Shown here: positions 25,083 through 38,144 of the stretch, in pieces
Numbering within the stretch: the first letter of the stretch is position 1
Layout: each line of letters begins with the position of its first letter
Assembly: GCF_004010195.1 (NCBI RefSeq)
Contig: NC_057720.1
Coordinates: forward strand, 91,736,222-91,800,221
DNA length: 64,000 nt
DNA from: Chiloscyllium plagiosum
Taxonomy: Eukaryota
Direction: 5' to 3'
The notes under the pieces: model-generated
What the model was told of the DNA's origin: nothing
Databases searched by the model: none
What the model saw: only the letters and a program-made list of their open reading frames with translations
Program-made: the position numbers and the translations under genes

Positions 25083-26214
25083 GGATGGGAGAGATTAAGA
25101 GTGCCAAAGAGAGAGACAGAGAGAAAGAGTTGGCACATGTGAGACAGAATGGCAAGAGAGAGAGAGTGATAAAGAGAGAAAGTGATAAAAAGAGAGAGAC
25201 AGGATCTGGTCACCACATTGTGGGAAGAAGTGATTGTACTCGGGAGGGTGCAGAGATTTCCCAGGATGCTGCCTGGGCTGTAAGGTCTGAGTGATGAGGA
25301 AAGATTGGAAAGACTGGAGTTGTTTTCCTTGGAGCAGTGAAGGTTGAGAGGAGACCTGACAGAGGACTATAAGATTATGAGGGGCACAGATAAATTTGAC
25401 AGGAAGGCACTTTTTACATGGATAAAGGTGTCAGAAACTAGGGTCAGAAACTAGGGTCAGAAACTGAAGGTAACACAGACACAGAAACACAGAAACACAG
25501 ACACAGGAGTAGCCCACTCAGCCCTTTCAGTCTGCTCTGTCATTCAGTATGATCATGGCTGATCCTCTATCTCAAAGCCATATTCCTGCTTTTTCCCCAT
25601 TCCATTCATGCTGTGAAAAGGCAAAACAATAATCTTGAACATATTCAATTCTCTCTCCTCCATAGCTGTCAGGATCGTAGGTACAGAGTTCACAGGTTGA
25701 CTACCCTCTGAGTGAAGAAATGTTTCCTCATCTCAGTCCTAAATGGTCAACTTTGTATCTCCCAAGACTGGGTCCCCTGGTTCCAGAATTCCCAACCAGG
25801 GGAAACCTCCTCCCTGCCCAGCCCTGTTGGAAATTCATACATTTCAATCTGATCCCCTCTGATCCTTCTGAACTCAAGTGAGTTCAGGCCCAGTCGACTT
25901 AGAGAGTGCGAGGTGAGTTGAGGAGAAATATTTTCACCCAGAGGGTGGTGGGAGTCTGGAACTCACTGCCTGAAAGGCTGTTTGAGTCACAAACTCTCGT
26001 GACATTGTAGTAGTGTTTAGATATTCATTTGTGTTGCTGTAGCTTCCAGGCCTATGGACCAAGAGCGGGAAAATGGGATTAGTTTGTCAAGGTCTTTGTT
26101 GTCCACCACAGACACAATGGGCCAAATGGTCTAATTCAGCGCAGTTTACATCAATGTCTCTCTAGGATAGACAGACAGAGAGAGAGAGAGAACGGGGAGA
26201 CAGAGAGAGACAGA

Positions 26215-26312
26215 AGAGGAAGTGTGAGGGGCTGATGTGGCTCTCTCTGCCCTATGCCATTTACATACTGAGGAACACCCAGTCAGACTCTCACAGGCTG
26301 CAGCTTTATAAA
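26215..26312 (+). promoter_or_regulatory. Cluster 2 V promoter (PU-box, variant octamer, TATA)
   Basis: AGAGGAAGTG 26215-26224, ATTTACAT 26259-26266 and TATAAA 26307-26312. Confidence 0.75.
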
Positions 26313-26372
26313 GCAGAGCCCAGTGAAGGGAGATTTTATCAGGAACCAGGCACAGGGACAGGAGCACACACC

Positions 26373-26421
26373 ATGATTTCACACATCCAGCTGATCTGGC
26401 CCCTGGCATTCTGTGTCGCAG
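26373..26421 (+). pseudogene. IGKV: Cluster 2 leader exon (MISHIQLIWPLAFCVA-G), itself intact
   Basis: 49-nt exon with donor GT at 26422. Confidence 0.92.
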
Positions 26422-26607
26422 GTACAAATCTCTCTCCTTCCACCTTGAATCTTTAGCTGCTCTCCATTTCACTCCAATTCCACAGACTTGTGATTGAAGG
26501 GAAAATGCTGAAACCGGAGGAATGCTCAGTGTCTTCAACAATTTCTCATTTGACCGGCTCTTTCTGTGACAGTTCTGACTTCACTGTGTTTCTCTCTGAC
26601 CCCTCAG

Positions 26608-26830
26608 GTATCAGTGGGGACATCATCATGAGCCAGTCTCCCCCGGTGCTGTCAGTGGGCGAGAAGGTCAGAAACCCTCTCTCCTGATCTACAATGCAGC
26701 AACTCGATTCACAGGAGTCTCCAATCGATTCACCGGCAGTGGATCAGGGACCAGTTTCACTCTGAAAATCAGCAATGTTCAGAATGAGGATGTCGCTGAC
26801 TATTACTGTCAGAAGTTTACAGCTGGCCTT
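26608..26830 (+). pseudogene. IGKV: Cluster 2 V segment, pseudogene (frameshifting deletion of FR1 end, CDR1 and FR2 start)
   Basis: [17 protein letters not shown], junction near 26659/26660, stop at 26685-26687. The other frame reads [52 protein letters not shown]. Confidence 0.93.
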
Positions 26831-26858
26831 CACGGTGATACTGAGCTGTACAAAAACC
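26831..26858 (+). other. 12-bp-spacer recombination signal sequence of V2
   Basis: CACGGTG, 12 nt, ACAAAAACC. Confidence 0.96.
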
Positions 26859-27263
26859 TCAATACACACAGCACCACCTCCTGTACTGACACATTCACAA
26901 TTATATGTTATACATAATAATAGAGACACAGTCCTACCTCTGTCACTGATACAAACACAGTAATATACAAATGAAACTGAACAAATTACCCCGTGCCGGA
27001 ATTGTCACTGTCCACGACACACTCCAGTCCCTGTGGTGTCCACCGCTCACTGAAAGTTTCAAGTTTCCCTCTAACACCCCATGGCCAAGTGTGAAGAATG
27101 GCTGCATGATTTAATATCAAAAAATAAATTGAACAAACTTCCCGATCCCAGCTGGACACATCTCAAAGAGAGAAACAGAATGAGAGAAACAGAGGGGAAG
27201 AAAGACATGAATGAGGGAGAGACAGGGAGAGGTTGAAAGTGACAGAGGGAAGCAGAGTGCAGA

Positions 27264-27302
27264 GGTTTTTGTACAGCCTCTGCACTGGGAGCTCTCACTG
27301 TG
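27264..27302 (-). other. 23-bp-spacer RSS of J2
   Basis: GGTTTTTGT, 23 nt, CACTGTG; both elements are consensus. V-12/J-23 is the kappa-type arrangement. Confidence 0.96.
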
Positions 27303-27337
27303 GTATACGTTCGGTCCAGGAACCAAGCTCAGACTGA
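27303..27337 (+). CDS. IGKJ: Cluster 2 J segment (YTFGPGTKLRL-S)
   Basis: FGXG motif and donor GTAAGT at 27338-27343. Confidence 0.95.
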
Positions 27338-27789
27338 GTAAGTAAATTTCATTCCTCTGTTATTAACCCTGTCAATACTGAAACACAATTTCTAAAACAC
27401 AAATGCTAAATTGTTGAAGGTGTTAGTGGGGAGCTGCAGTGAATGAAATGGTTGATTGAGGAGCACTGGGTCTTACAGGGTGTCCAGCTGTATTTTTTTC
27501 TTTCCTTCGCCCCCTTTAAAAAGCAAGATATAAGTCAGTAAGTTTTACTCACTGTGTGGAGGAGCTCTGTCCATTTGCAGCCTGTGGTCCCATTCCTGCA
27601 GCATGGAGTAAAATCAGTGAGTAGCCTCCTGCCAGTCCCAGTGTGACGGACACGGGCAGAGATTGATGTGAGCTCTGGCTCCCTGTCCCAGTCTCTGATC
27701 TCACTGACCTCAGCAGCAGCAGCAGCAGCAGCAGCAGCACAGTGAGACACCGAGCTCCCACCTCCCCCAGCTTTAACTCTGCTCAATCA

Positions 27790-30700
27790 CACAATCACAG
27801 AGTTATTACAGTGTACAAGGAGGCCATTCCAACAATCTTGTGGGTACTGGTTCTCTGAATGAGCAATTCACTGAGTTCCTCCTGCCTTCTCCCTGTCACC
27901 CTGCACATTGTTCCTTTTCAAATAACAGTCTCATTCCCTTCGGAATGTTTCAATTGAAGCTGCCTCCACCACACTCTCAGGCAGTGCATTCCACACCTTA
28001 ACCACTCACTGGCCGAAAATATTTTTCCTCATCTCACTTTTGTACTTTTCCCAATTACTTTCAATCTGTGGTCTCTCGGTCTCAATCCTTTCTCAATTGG
28101 GAACACTTTCTCCCTATTTATTCTGTTCAGGCCCCTCCTGATTTGAATTCCTCGAACAAATCTCCTTTCAGCCTTCTCCAAAGAAGACAGTCCCAAATTC
28201 TCCAGTAGATCTTCATAACTGATGTTCCTCATCCCTGGAATGACCTTTGGGAATATAATTTGTCATCACTACAAAACATTCACATGCTTCCTGAATTAGT
28301 CACATTATCTATGTCCCTCATGGTTTTATAAATGTCTCAGCCTCCGATGTTCCGATTCATCCCCTCCCTATCGTTCATACCCTCCAATTCCGAGCAAAAT
28401 CTTTGTAAATCTTTTTCTGCACCTTTTTAAAGTTTAACAACATCCTTCCTATCACAGAATGATCAGAATTGTTCACATTATTCCCAAACTGGCCTCACCA
28501 ATCTCCTGTACAGCTGCAACATGATGTCCCAACTCCTATACTCAATACAGTGACCACTAAAGGCAAACGTTCCCAACACCTTCTTCATCGCCCTGTCTCC
28601 CTGTGATCCAGCTTTAAGGAATAATGCACATTTCCCTTACCTTCATCCCTTACCTTCACCCCTCACCCCTCACCCCTCATCCCTCATCCCTCATCCCTCA
28701 TCCCTCATCCCTCGGTGTCTTTGTTCAGCAACACTCCACAGGGCCCTACCATTAACTGTGTAACTCCTGCCCTGGTTTGCCTTACCAAAATGCAACATCT
28801 CTCATTTATCTCAACTGAACTCCATTTGCCACTCCTCTGTCCATTGCCCCATCTGATCAAGGTCCCATGTAATCTGAGATAATCTTCTTCACTATCCACT
28901 GTCCCACCAATTTTGATGTCATTTCCAAACTGATGTTAACTCCTATATTCACAGTGAAATCATTTATTTAAATGACCAAAAGCAGTGAACCCAGCCCCAC
29001 TCCTTGTGGCAAATAGCTATTCACAGATCTCCAGTCTGAAAATCAACCCTTTATCAACACTCCCTCTCTCCTATCTTCAAGCTAATTTCTTTTACCCAAA
29101 CGGCTAGCTCCCCCTGGATCCCATGTGGTCTAACCTTACTAACCAGTCTATCATGTGGAACCTTGTCAAACACTTTACTGAAGTCCATACAGACAGTGTC
29201 TACTGTTCTGCCTTCATCAATCTTCTTTGTCACCTCCTCAATCAAATCAGGGAGACACAATTTCCCATGCACAAAATCACACTGATTATCTAAATGGATA
29301 TAAATCCTGTCCCTCAGAATCCACTCCAACATCTTATCCAGCACTGACATCATGCTCACTGGTCTATAATTCCCTGGCTTTTCCTTGTAGCCTTTCTGAA
29401 ATAATGGTACAACATTATTTCTCCGGTTCTCCAACACCTTACCTGCAGCTGTCGATGATAAACATATCTCAGAAAGGGGCCCAGCAATCTCTTCCCTAGT
29501 TTCCCACAATGTTCTGGGATACACCTGATCAAGTCCGAGGGATTTATCTACCTTTATATGTTTTAAGACCTTTCGCATCTCCTCATTTGTATGTGGACTT
29601 TTTCAAAACATCACTATTTTTCCAAATTCCCTCGCTTTCATGTCCTTCTCCCCAATAAATACTGACCTGAAATATTTGTTTAGGATCTCACCCATCTCCT
29701 GTGAATTACAAAAATACAGCACTCACATTTATCTGAATTAAACTGCATCTGCCATTCCTCAGCCCACTGGCCCAGTTGGTCAAGATCCCATTGTACTCTT
29801 TGACAGCCTTTTTCACTGGCCACGATTCCACCTGAAAATTCACCTGAACACAGTCTCACACCTCTGGCCCCTCTCTGACCGTTACATTGCTCCTACCTCA
29901 GTCTATATTCAGAAATTAAAGACCCCTTTCCCCCATTTATAATGACTCTATCATATTTGCAGGTTTCTGTAAATTCCTTGCAGATGTGTTCCTCCACATC
30001 CTTCCCACTGGGTGGTGAGGATTCTGTGGACCTTGGTGTTCCTCTCTGATATTCCCCCCTGGCTCCCACATCCCTGCCAAGTTAGTTTAAACCCTCTCCA
30101 ACAGCACTAGTAAATCACCCCAAAGGAACTCAGTCCCAGCTCTGTTCAGGAGCAACGCCGTCTGGTCTGTCCAGGTCCCATCTCCCCCAGACCAACTCCC
30201 AAAATCGCAAGAATCTAAAGTCCTCCCTCCTGGACCCTCTCTCCAGCCCCACAGTCACCTGTATTACCCTCCTGTTCCTCTTCTCACTTGCATGGGATAC
30301 TGGGAGTAATCTGAAGATTCCTACCTTTTAGCTCCTGCTCCTAATTTCCTCCCGAGCTCCCTAAATTCTGACTGGAAGACCACATCCCTTTTCTCCCACT
30401 GTCACTGGGACCGATGTGGACCACAACTGCTGACTGTTCCCCCTCTCCCCTCAGGGTGCTCTGCAGTCGCTCAGAGACATCCTTGACCCTGGCACCAGGG
30501 AGACAATACACCATCCTGGATTCCCATCTGCAGCTGCAGAAACACCTATCGATTGCCCTCACTCTCAAATCTCCTCTCCTCTCACTCTTCCAGTCTTCCT
30601 TGTGCCCCCCTGGACAGCTGACCCACCCGTGCTGCCAGGGACTTGGCTCTGGCTGAACTCCCCAGATGAACCATCATTCTCATCAGGATTCTGAACTGAA

Positions 30701-33620
30701 TCCTGGTTGGAGAGTGGGATTCCTGTACTAGCTGCCTAGTTCTGATGACAAACAGCTACAGCAGGGCTCACAGTCCAGTGGGTTCAGTGTTCCCGGCTTT
30801 TGGGGAAACTCTCCAGAAGACTTTAAGAAATAGGAGCAGAAATCAACCATTCAGCCCATTGAATCTACTCTGCCATTTGATCTTGGCAGATATGCTTCTC
30901 AACCCTATTCTCCTGCCTACTCCACAGGAACGTTTGATCCCCTTAGTAAACACAAACCTATCTATCTCTGTCTTAAATACACTCAGGGACTTGGCCTCCA
31001 CTGCCATCTGTAACAATATGTTCCACAGATTCGCCACCCTCTGGCTGAAGAAATTCCTCTTCATCTCAGCTCGAAAGGGTCGGCCCTTCATTCTGAGGCT
31101 GTGCCCTGGTTACCGAAACTCTCCTGTTTTTGGAAACATCTTCTCTGCATCCACTCTATCCAGGCCTATCAGTATTCTGTAAATTTCAATGAGATCCCTC
31201 CTCATCCTTCTAAAATCCATTGAGTACAGACCCAGAGTCCTCAACCATGCCTCACATGACAAGCCCTTCATCCCCAGGATTATTCTTGTAAACCGCTCCA
31301 ATGCCAGCACATCGTTTCTTAGAACATGGGTCCCAAATCTGTTCACAATATTCCAAATACAGTCTGACCAGAGCCTTACACAACCTCAGCAGTACATCTC
31401 TGCTTTGTGTTCTGGCCCTATTGAAATGAATGCTATCATTTCATTTGCCTTCCCAAGCACAAACTGGACCCGCCTGTTCACCTGAAGAGAAACCTGAAAG
31501 AGGTTTGTGCTTTAGATTTCCAAAGGCTTTCCTCATTTAGCAAACATTCTTTGTATTTCTTCTTCCTACCAAAGTGCATAACCTCACACTGTCACACATT
31601 GTATTCTATCTGCCACTTCTTTGCCCACTCTCCGAGCCTATCCAGGACCTTTATCAGTCTTCCCACTTCCTCAACACTACCTGTGCCACCACCTATCTCA
31701 TGTCGTCTGCAAACTTAGCAACAATGTCTTCACTTCCTTCATCGAGATTGTTCATGTATAACGTGAATAGTTATGGTCCCAACATTGACACATGCAGAAC
31801 TCTACTCGTCACCAGCGGCCATTTTTCCTCATTCTCTGCTTTATGCCAACCTGTACGTCCTCAGTCCATGCCAGTACATTGCCCCTAACATTATGGGCTC
31901 TTAATTTATGTCAAAGGCGTTCTGGAAAATCCAAATAGATTACTTCCTCAGACTCTCCTTTGGCTGACTGGCTTATTGCCTCGTCAAAGAATTCTAACAG
32001 ATTTGCCAGGCATGACCTCCCCTTGATGAAGCCATGTTGAATCAGCCCTATTTTCCCATTGCATTTCCAAGTTATGCAATTTCATCCTTAAATTGAAGTC
32101 TAAAACCTTACCAACAATAGTCCAGGCTAACTGGCCTATAATTTCCCATCTTCCAACTCCCTTCCTTCTTAAACAGGGCTGTTATGGAAGCCATTTTCTA
32201 TTTCCTTGCCCCCACCAAATTCCTCCCCACCCCACCTCCACACCCTGACTCCATTGATTCCTGAAAGATCATCATCAATGCCTCCCCAATCTCCTCAGCG
32301 ATCTCCTTCAGAACACACTCATGTAGTTCATCCAGTCTGGGTGAGTTATCCACATTTAGACTTTCCAGCTTCCCAAGTACCTCCTCCTTAGTGATGGCCA
32401 CTACACGCCGCCCTGTCCCCAACAGTCTTGAAGTCCTGGTATGCTGCTGGTGTTTTCCATGGTGCAGACTGATGCAAAATATCTATTTAATCCCTTTGCT
32501 ATTTCTATTATTCTTTCTCCAACCTCATTTTCCAGTGATCCAATGTCTATTTTTGCCTCCCTCTTCCTTTTTATATATCTGTTAAAACTCTTACAATTTT
32601 CTTTTGTATTACTGGCGCGCTTACCCCCACATTTCACACTCCCCATCCTTAATGCTTTTATCGTTGTCCTCTACAGGTTTTTAAAGACTTCCTAATCCTC
32701 TGGCTTCCCACTATTCTCCACCATATTGTATGCCTTTTCTTTTGCTTTTATGCTATCCTTGACCTTCCCCATCAGCCATGATTGCCTTGCTCTCCCCTTA
32801 GTATGTTTCTTCTTTTTTGGGATGAGTTCCTGCTCTGCTTCCTGAATTAACCCCAGAAACTCTGCTGTTTGCTGCCCCACCATCTTACCTGCTGGCTCCC
32901 CTTCCAATCAACTCTGGCCAGCTCCTTCCTCATGTCTTTGCAGTTACCATTACTCAATTGAAATACTGTTTCATCTGATTGCAGCTTCTCCCTCTCAAAT
33001 TACAGGGGGAATTCTATCATATTATGGTCATTTATCCACAGGGATACTTTCACCTTAAACTCACTGAATCAAGTTTGCCTCATTCCACATCACTGAATCC
33101 AGAACTGCCTGTTCCATAGTGGCTCAACCACAAGCTGCTCCAAAAACCATCTCATAGACATTCCATGAAATCCTTTCCTTGAGACACGCTACCCAGTCCA
33201 CCTATCCATTGAAGTCTGCCCTGACATTTTGTATCTGGCNNNNNNNNNNNNNNNNNNTAACAAGGCAACTCTTGCCCCTCTGCCCATCTGCCTGTCCTTT
33301 TGATAGGACATGTATCCTTGGATATTTAGTTCCCAGCCCGGACCCCTTACAGCCATGTCTCTGTGATAACCACAACATTGTACCTGCCAGTTTCAATCTG
33401 GACTACAAGCTCATTGTGTACACTGTGTGCTTTAAATTACAACGCCCTCAGTCCTGCATTGACTGCCCTCCTTCTCATCATTGTTCTCTTATCTGCTGTG
33501 CTTTACATTCGACTCCTGATCCTTTCCACACTCTCTGTCCTTTTACATCTTCTAGAAACATAAATAATCTCCCCGAGCCCTCTTCCACTTTAACTAGTTT
33601 AAATTTCTTGGAAACTCAAT
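27790..33620 (-). mobile_element. Nested CR1-type LINE fragments in the cluster 2 intron
   Basis: Multiple degenerate RT, EN and ORF1 fragments (e.g. ORFs 29054-29578, 30341-30568). Inverted homolog at about 47090-53170. Confidence 0.85.
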
Positions 33621-33881
33621 TTACCTGGATTTGTGGCATCATTTTGTCTCCCTTACTCGGAATGCTTCATGCATTTAGTTACAAACTCTTTAAGTTTGTT
33701 CTATTATTGATTTTCCCGGCACTTCTTTGGTTCCTTTGATTTTAAAATTTCCGTCCCTACCATTTACTTTCTGCTAACAATCAATCCCATCACTAACCAG
33801 CAATCCTACCTTCTTCCTCACCTTCCGTTTTCTCATTTTCCATTCAACTGAACAAATTACTTTCTCTTTGGGTTAACTTCA

Positions 33882-34201
33882 GGCATGGTGGCTCAGTGGT
33901 TAGCACTGCTACCTCACAGCATCAAGGACCCGGGTTCAATTCCCGTCCTTGGGAAACTGTCTGTGTAGTGTTTGCACATTCGCCCTGTGTCTGTGTGGGT
34001 TTCCCCCAGGTGCTCTGGTTTACTCACACTGTCCAAAGATGTGCAGGTCAGGTGAATTGGCCATTTGAAATTGCCTGTAGTGTTAGGTGAAATAGTCAGG
34101 AGTAAATGTATGGAATGTTTCTGAGTGGGCTGCTGTTCGGAGGGTTGGTGTGGACTTGTCAGGCTGAGCTGCCTGTTTCCACACTGGAGGGAATCTAATC
34201 A
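33882..34201 (+). mobile_element. HE1/V-SINE-like SINE, absent from the paralogous site near 46815-46830
   Basis: tRNA-like head, conserved body and AATCTAATC tail. Confidence 0.83.
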
Positions 34202-35271
34202 GGCCAATATTTATCATTAATCCAACATCATTATTACTCTTTGATGTCATCGCTTCTACTTGGATCTTGCTGTGTAGAAGCTGGCTGCCACGTTCCTGAC
34301 ATTGCAACAGTGACTGCTTGTCAAACAAAACTGTCTGTCAATGTCTTTGGAAGAGCCTGAAATGTTAAGGGCTGGATTGATGCCCATATCCCTCTAAACT
34401 CTTCATATTTACATATCCATGCCTTTTAAATGTAACTGTACCAGCCTTCACCACTCCTTCTGGCAGCCCATTTCATACATTTAACACCCTCTGAATGAAA
34501 ACGTTGTCCCTTAGTACCCTCTTAAATCTTTCCCCTGTCACCTTCAAACTATGCCCTCCAGTTCTAGACTCCCCTGCTCTGGAGAAAAGATCTTCTCCTT
34601 ATCTATGCCCCTCATGATTTTATAAACCTCTGCACGGTCACCCATCAACCTGCAACGATCCAGGGCAAATAGCCTCAGCCTATTCAGCCTCGCCCTTTTG
34701 TGCAAACCCTCCAAACATCGTTATAAATCTTTTCTGAACCATTTTAAGATTCATAACATTTTTCCTGTAGCATTGAGACCAGAATTGCACACAGTAGTCC
34801 AAAAGTGGCCGAACCAATGTCCTGTACAGCCGCAACAGCTCCCAACTTCAATACCCAATGCACTGACCAATAAAGGAAAGCAAACCAAATGACTTCGTCC
34901 CTCCCCTACCTACCTGCAACTCCACTTTCAGGGAATTATTCTTCGTTTTTTGGATGAACTGGGAGTCTTTCAGTTGTGAAAGATGCCATTCCATGGTACT
35001 ATTGGATGAAGAGCAGGCAGTTCCCCCGGTGGCCCTGATCAATATTTATCCCCCTATAAAAATCACTAAAAATCTATTTCGCTGCTAATTATCATACTGT
35101 TTTTGGGATCTCGCTGTGCACAGTCTGCTAGAAAGAGCTATTGGGACATCCTGAGTTGGGGACAGGTGCTACACAAATGCAAGTCTTTCGTTAAGGTTGG
35201 AGTCTCCTGATCCAGGTCCTCATCTATTGTCTGCTCACTCTCACCTTCCAGAGGTCATGGGGTCATTAGGA

Positions 35272-35771
35272 NNNNNNNNNNNNNNNNNNNNNNNNNNNNN
35301 NNNNNNNNNNNNNNNNNNNNNNNNNNNNNNNNNNNNNNNNNNNNNNNNNNNNNNNNNNNNNNNNNNNNNNNNNNNNNNNNNNNNNNNNNNNNNNNNNNNN
35401 NNNNNNNNNNNNNNNNNNNNNNNNNNNNNNNNNNNNNNNNNNNNNNNNNNNNNNNNNNNNNNNNNNNNNNNNNNNNNNNNNNNNNNNNNNNNNNNNNNNN
35501 NNNNNNNNNNNNNNNNNNNNNNNNNNNNNNNNNNNNNNNNNNNNNNNNNNNNNNNNNNNNNNNNNNNNNNNNNNNNNNNNNNNNNNNNNNNNNNNNNNNN
35601 NNNNNNNNNNNNNNNNNNNNNNNNNNNNNNNNNNNNNNNNNNNNNNNNNNNNNNNNNNNNNNNNNNNNNNNNNNNNNNNNNNNNNNNNNNNNNNNNNNNN
35701 NNNNNNNNNNNNNNNNNNNNNNNNNNNNNNNNNNNNNNNNNNNNNNNNNNNNNNNNNNNNNNNNNNNNNNN
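35272..35771. other. Assembly gap of exactly 500 N (probable unsized scaffold join)
   Basis: Homology between clusters 2 and 3 stops exactly at the gap edge. Confidence 0.8.
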
Positions 35772-38144
35772 CATGCTGCAGTAACTTGCTGGCAACAAGG
35801 TGTCTTGTCTAAAGTGATCCCAGATCTGGACAGATCTCTGCTGTTGATCTGTTTTGTCTCAGGAGCCTGCTCTGTATTCAGTGCCTGTTAGCATTTTGTT
35901 AGAGTTCATATGTCAGCTGCTGCTTCCTTGCTATGATACTGGAAAAAAATCATCAATGCCTCTTGAGATTTAAAATACTCCATCTTTATGAAAGTGGTTG
36001 GCAGACTTTTTAACATCATTTAACATTCTAGTGATGTGAATGCATCTGTGTTGTTTCTGGCTGGGAGCATTTAACATCATGATCCTAGTTTTTAATGGAT
36101 CCTCACTCGTGGTAATAAGTTTGCAATGTTTCTCTCTCCTTCCGTATTTTTAAGAGGCTTTCAAATGTGTTATGATGAGAACACTGTGTGATGGAGTGGG
36201 TGATTGTTTGGATTCCCATCTCATTATCGTCCAGCTTTCAAAGAAAATGCTGTAGTCTTTGAAATGAGAGTGTACTCCGTTTTTATACATATTGTGTTTG
36301 GATTTTATTTTTGGAATGCCAATTTCCATAAAAATATCCTGTTCGGTTTTGTAGCTCAGTAGTTGTGTTTGTTCCCTGAGATACTGAGAGTTTACACAAC
36401 CCTCCATTTGCCTGTGATCCAGTTGTTGGCTGAAGCCTCTGGTTGTTCGGTGAGTCCAAGCCATTGTCTTGCTCTCTGCTGTTATACCATCAACTTGGTT
36501 TCTCAGTGTGAGCCAGGAGACCACTGCGTGATGACTTCCTGTTCCACTGTCGGTGTAAAGGCAAGTGGGAACTGTCGTGGTTAATCCCATCATGAACAAC
36601 AGAACATTATATTCAGCTGGAACGACATCTACTGACTAATTTCGTTGGCTGCCATTGCAGTAAAAGCAAATCTCCCCCTTTGCCAGCAGAAAAAGAAAGT
36701 GCCCATCAGATTCCCTCATGCGTGATGGTTTAGCCTAATAGGAGCACTGGTAGATCATGCTGTATCAGCCTGGACAGAAACCTGGGCAACCTCCAAATGA
36801 AAGGATGACCTTCAGTGGATCTGCTGCCACACAAAATATGGAATTGGAATCCTTGTTACTGAGAAAATATAAACGAAACCCATTTCCCAAGGACATATGT
36901 CACAATAAGAAAGTGGGGAACAGACAGTTACTGTTCGCCTGTCTCTGGGGAGTGTCACGTTTCCCGTCCCCCCTCTCTCTGCGGCTTACCATTTTTACCA
37001 ACCTTTCTGTCTGAGAATATTACTGTTCCTGTCTCACTGTCTTGGGGAGAGGGTGGGGTTGTCACAATCACCCAGTTTGTTAGTTCCATTGACTCTTGTG
37101 AAATGGGTAATCCCTGCTTCACTCTGTATGTGAGCCATGTGTGAAAGCCCAGCACAGCTAACCCTTCATCTCAATCAGATCACAGGGTCTAAGGTTGGTC
37201 TGTACTGTCTGGACCAGACAAAAACACTGACTGACTGGAGACAATTCAGATCAAGTCCCCATGAGACAGCTATTGACGTTCACCCTCAAAGTCCACTGAG
37301 GAGGTGGTCATTAATCCCAGTGTTGTCATAGATTAACTTCTCCCAGAGATTCATGATTCATTCTAGATTTTACACAAGAGTGTGATGTTGTCAGGCGACA
37401 GCTGGGAAGACATGGAGATAAAATATAAAAGGGGAGAGAATTATATATGTGCTATACGTTCCTTGAACTTAGGACGTTTGGAAATGTTTTACAGCCAATG
37501 GAATACTTGCAAAGTCCAAACATTGTTGTGATGTGGGAACTGTGACAGCCTGGGCTAGGCAGATCTTTTGGCAGCACCACCCAGAGACTGAAGGCTGTTA
37601 CTGCAGGCAGGCTCCAACCAGCTCTGCTGTGAGAGAAGGACACTGGAGCACACGAGGACATGGGAAATAGGAGCAGGAGGAAGCCTCCAATAGCTGTCCA
37701 TCCTTTCTTATATACAGGGACCAAAATTGCACACAATACGCCAAATGCAGGCTCACTAACAGTTTTAACAAGACTTCTCTACTTTTAAATTCCAACACCC
37801 AACAATAAAGGTGAAAATTCCTTTCGCCTTCTCGATTACTTGCTGTACCTGCACTAACTTTCTGTGTTTCATGCACAATACTACCCAGATCTCTCTGTAC
37901 TGCACTTTGTTGGAATCTCTCACTATTTAACTAATAGTCGGCTTTTAGATTATTCTGACCCAAGTGCATGGTCTCAGACTTTCTGACATTAAATTCCGTT
38001 CACTGTGTATTAGTGTTTCATTTCCAGTTTGGTCTTCTCTTTGATTGACTGTCTTAATGCGTCTCTCCGTAGCATGCCCCATTCCCATTTGTTGATGGCC
38101 CTGACACTTGATATCTAACCCTTTTCTGCTGGTTCCATTCAATG

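Noticed and set aside
27550-27556. CACTGTG downstream of J2 as the RSS of a second J
   Set aside because: No nonamer at 12 or 23 bp, no FGXG motif follows, and cluster 1 has CACCGTG at this site.
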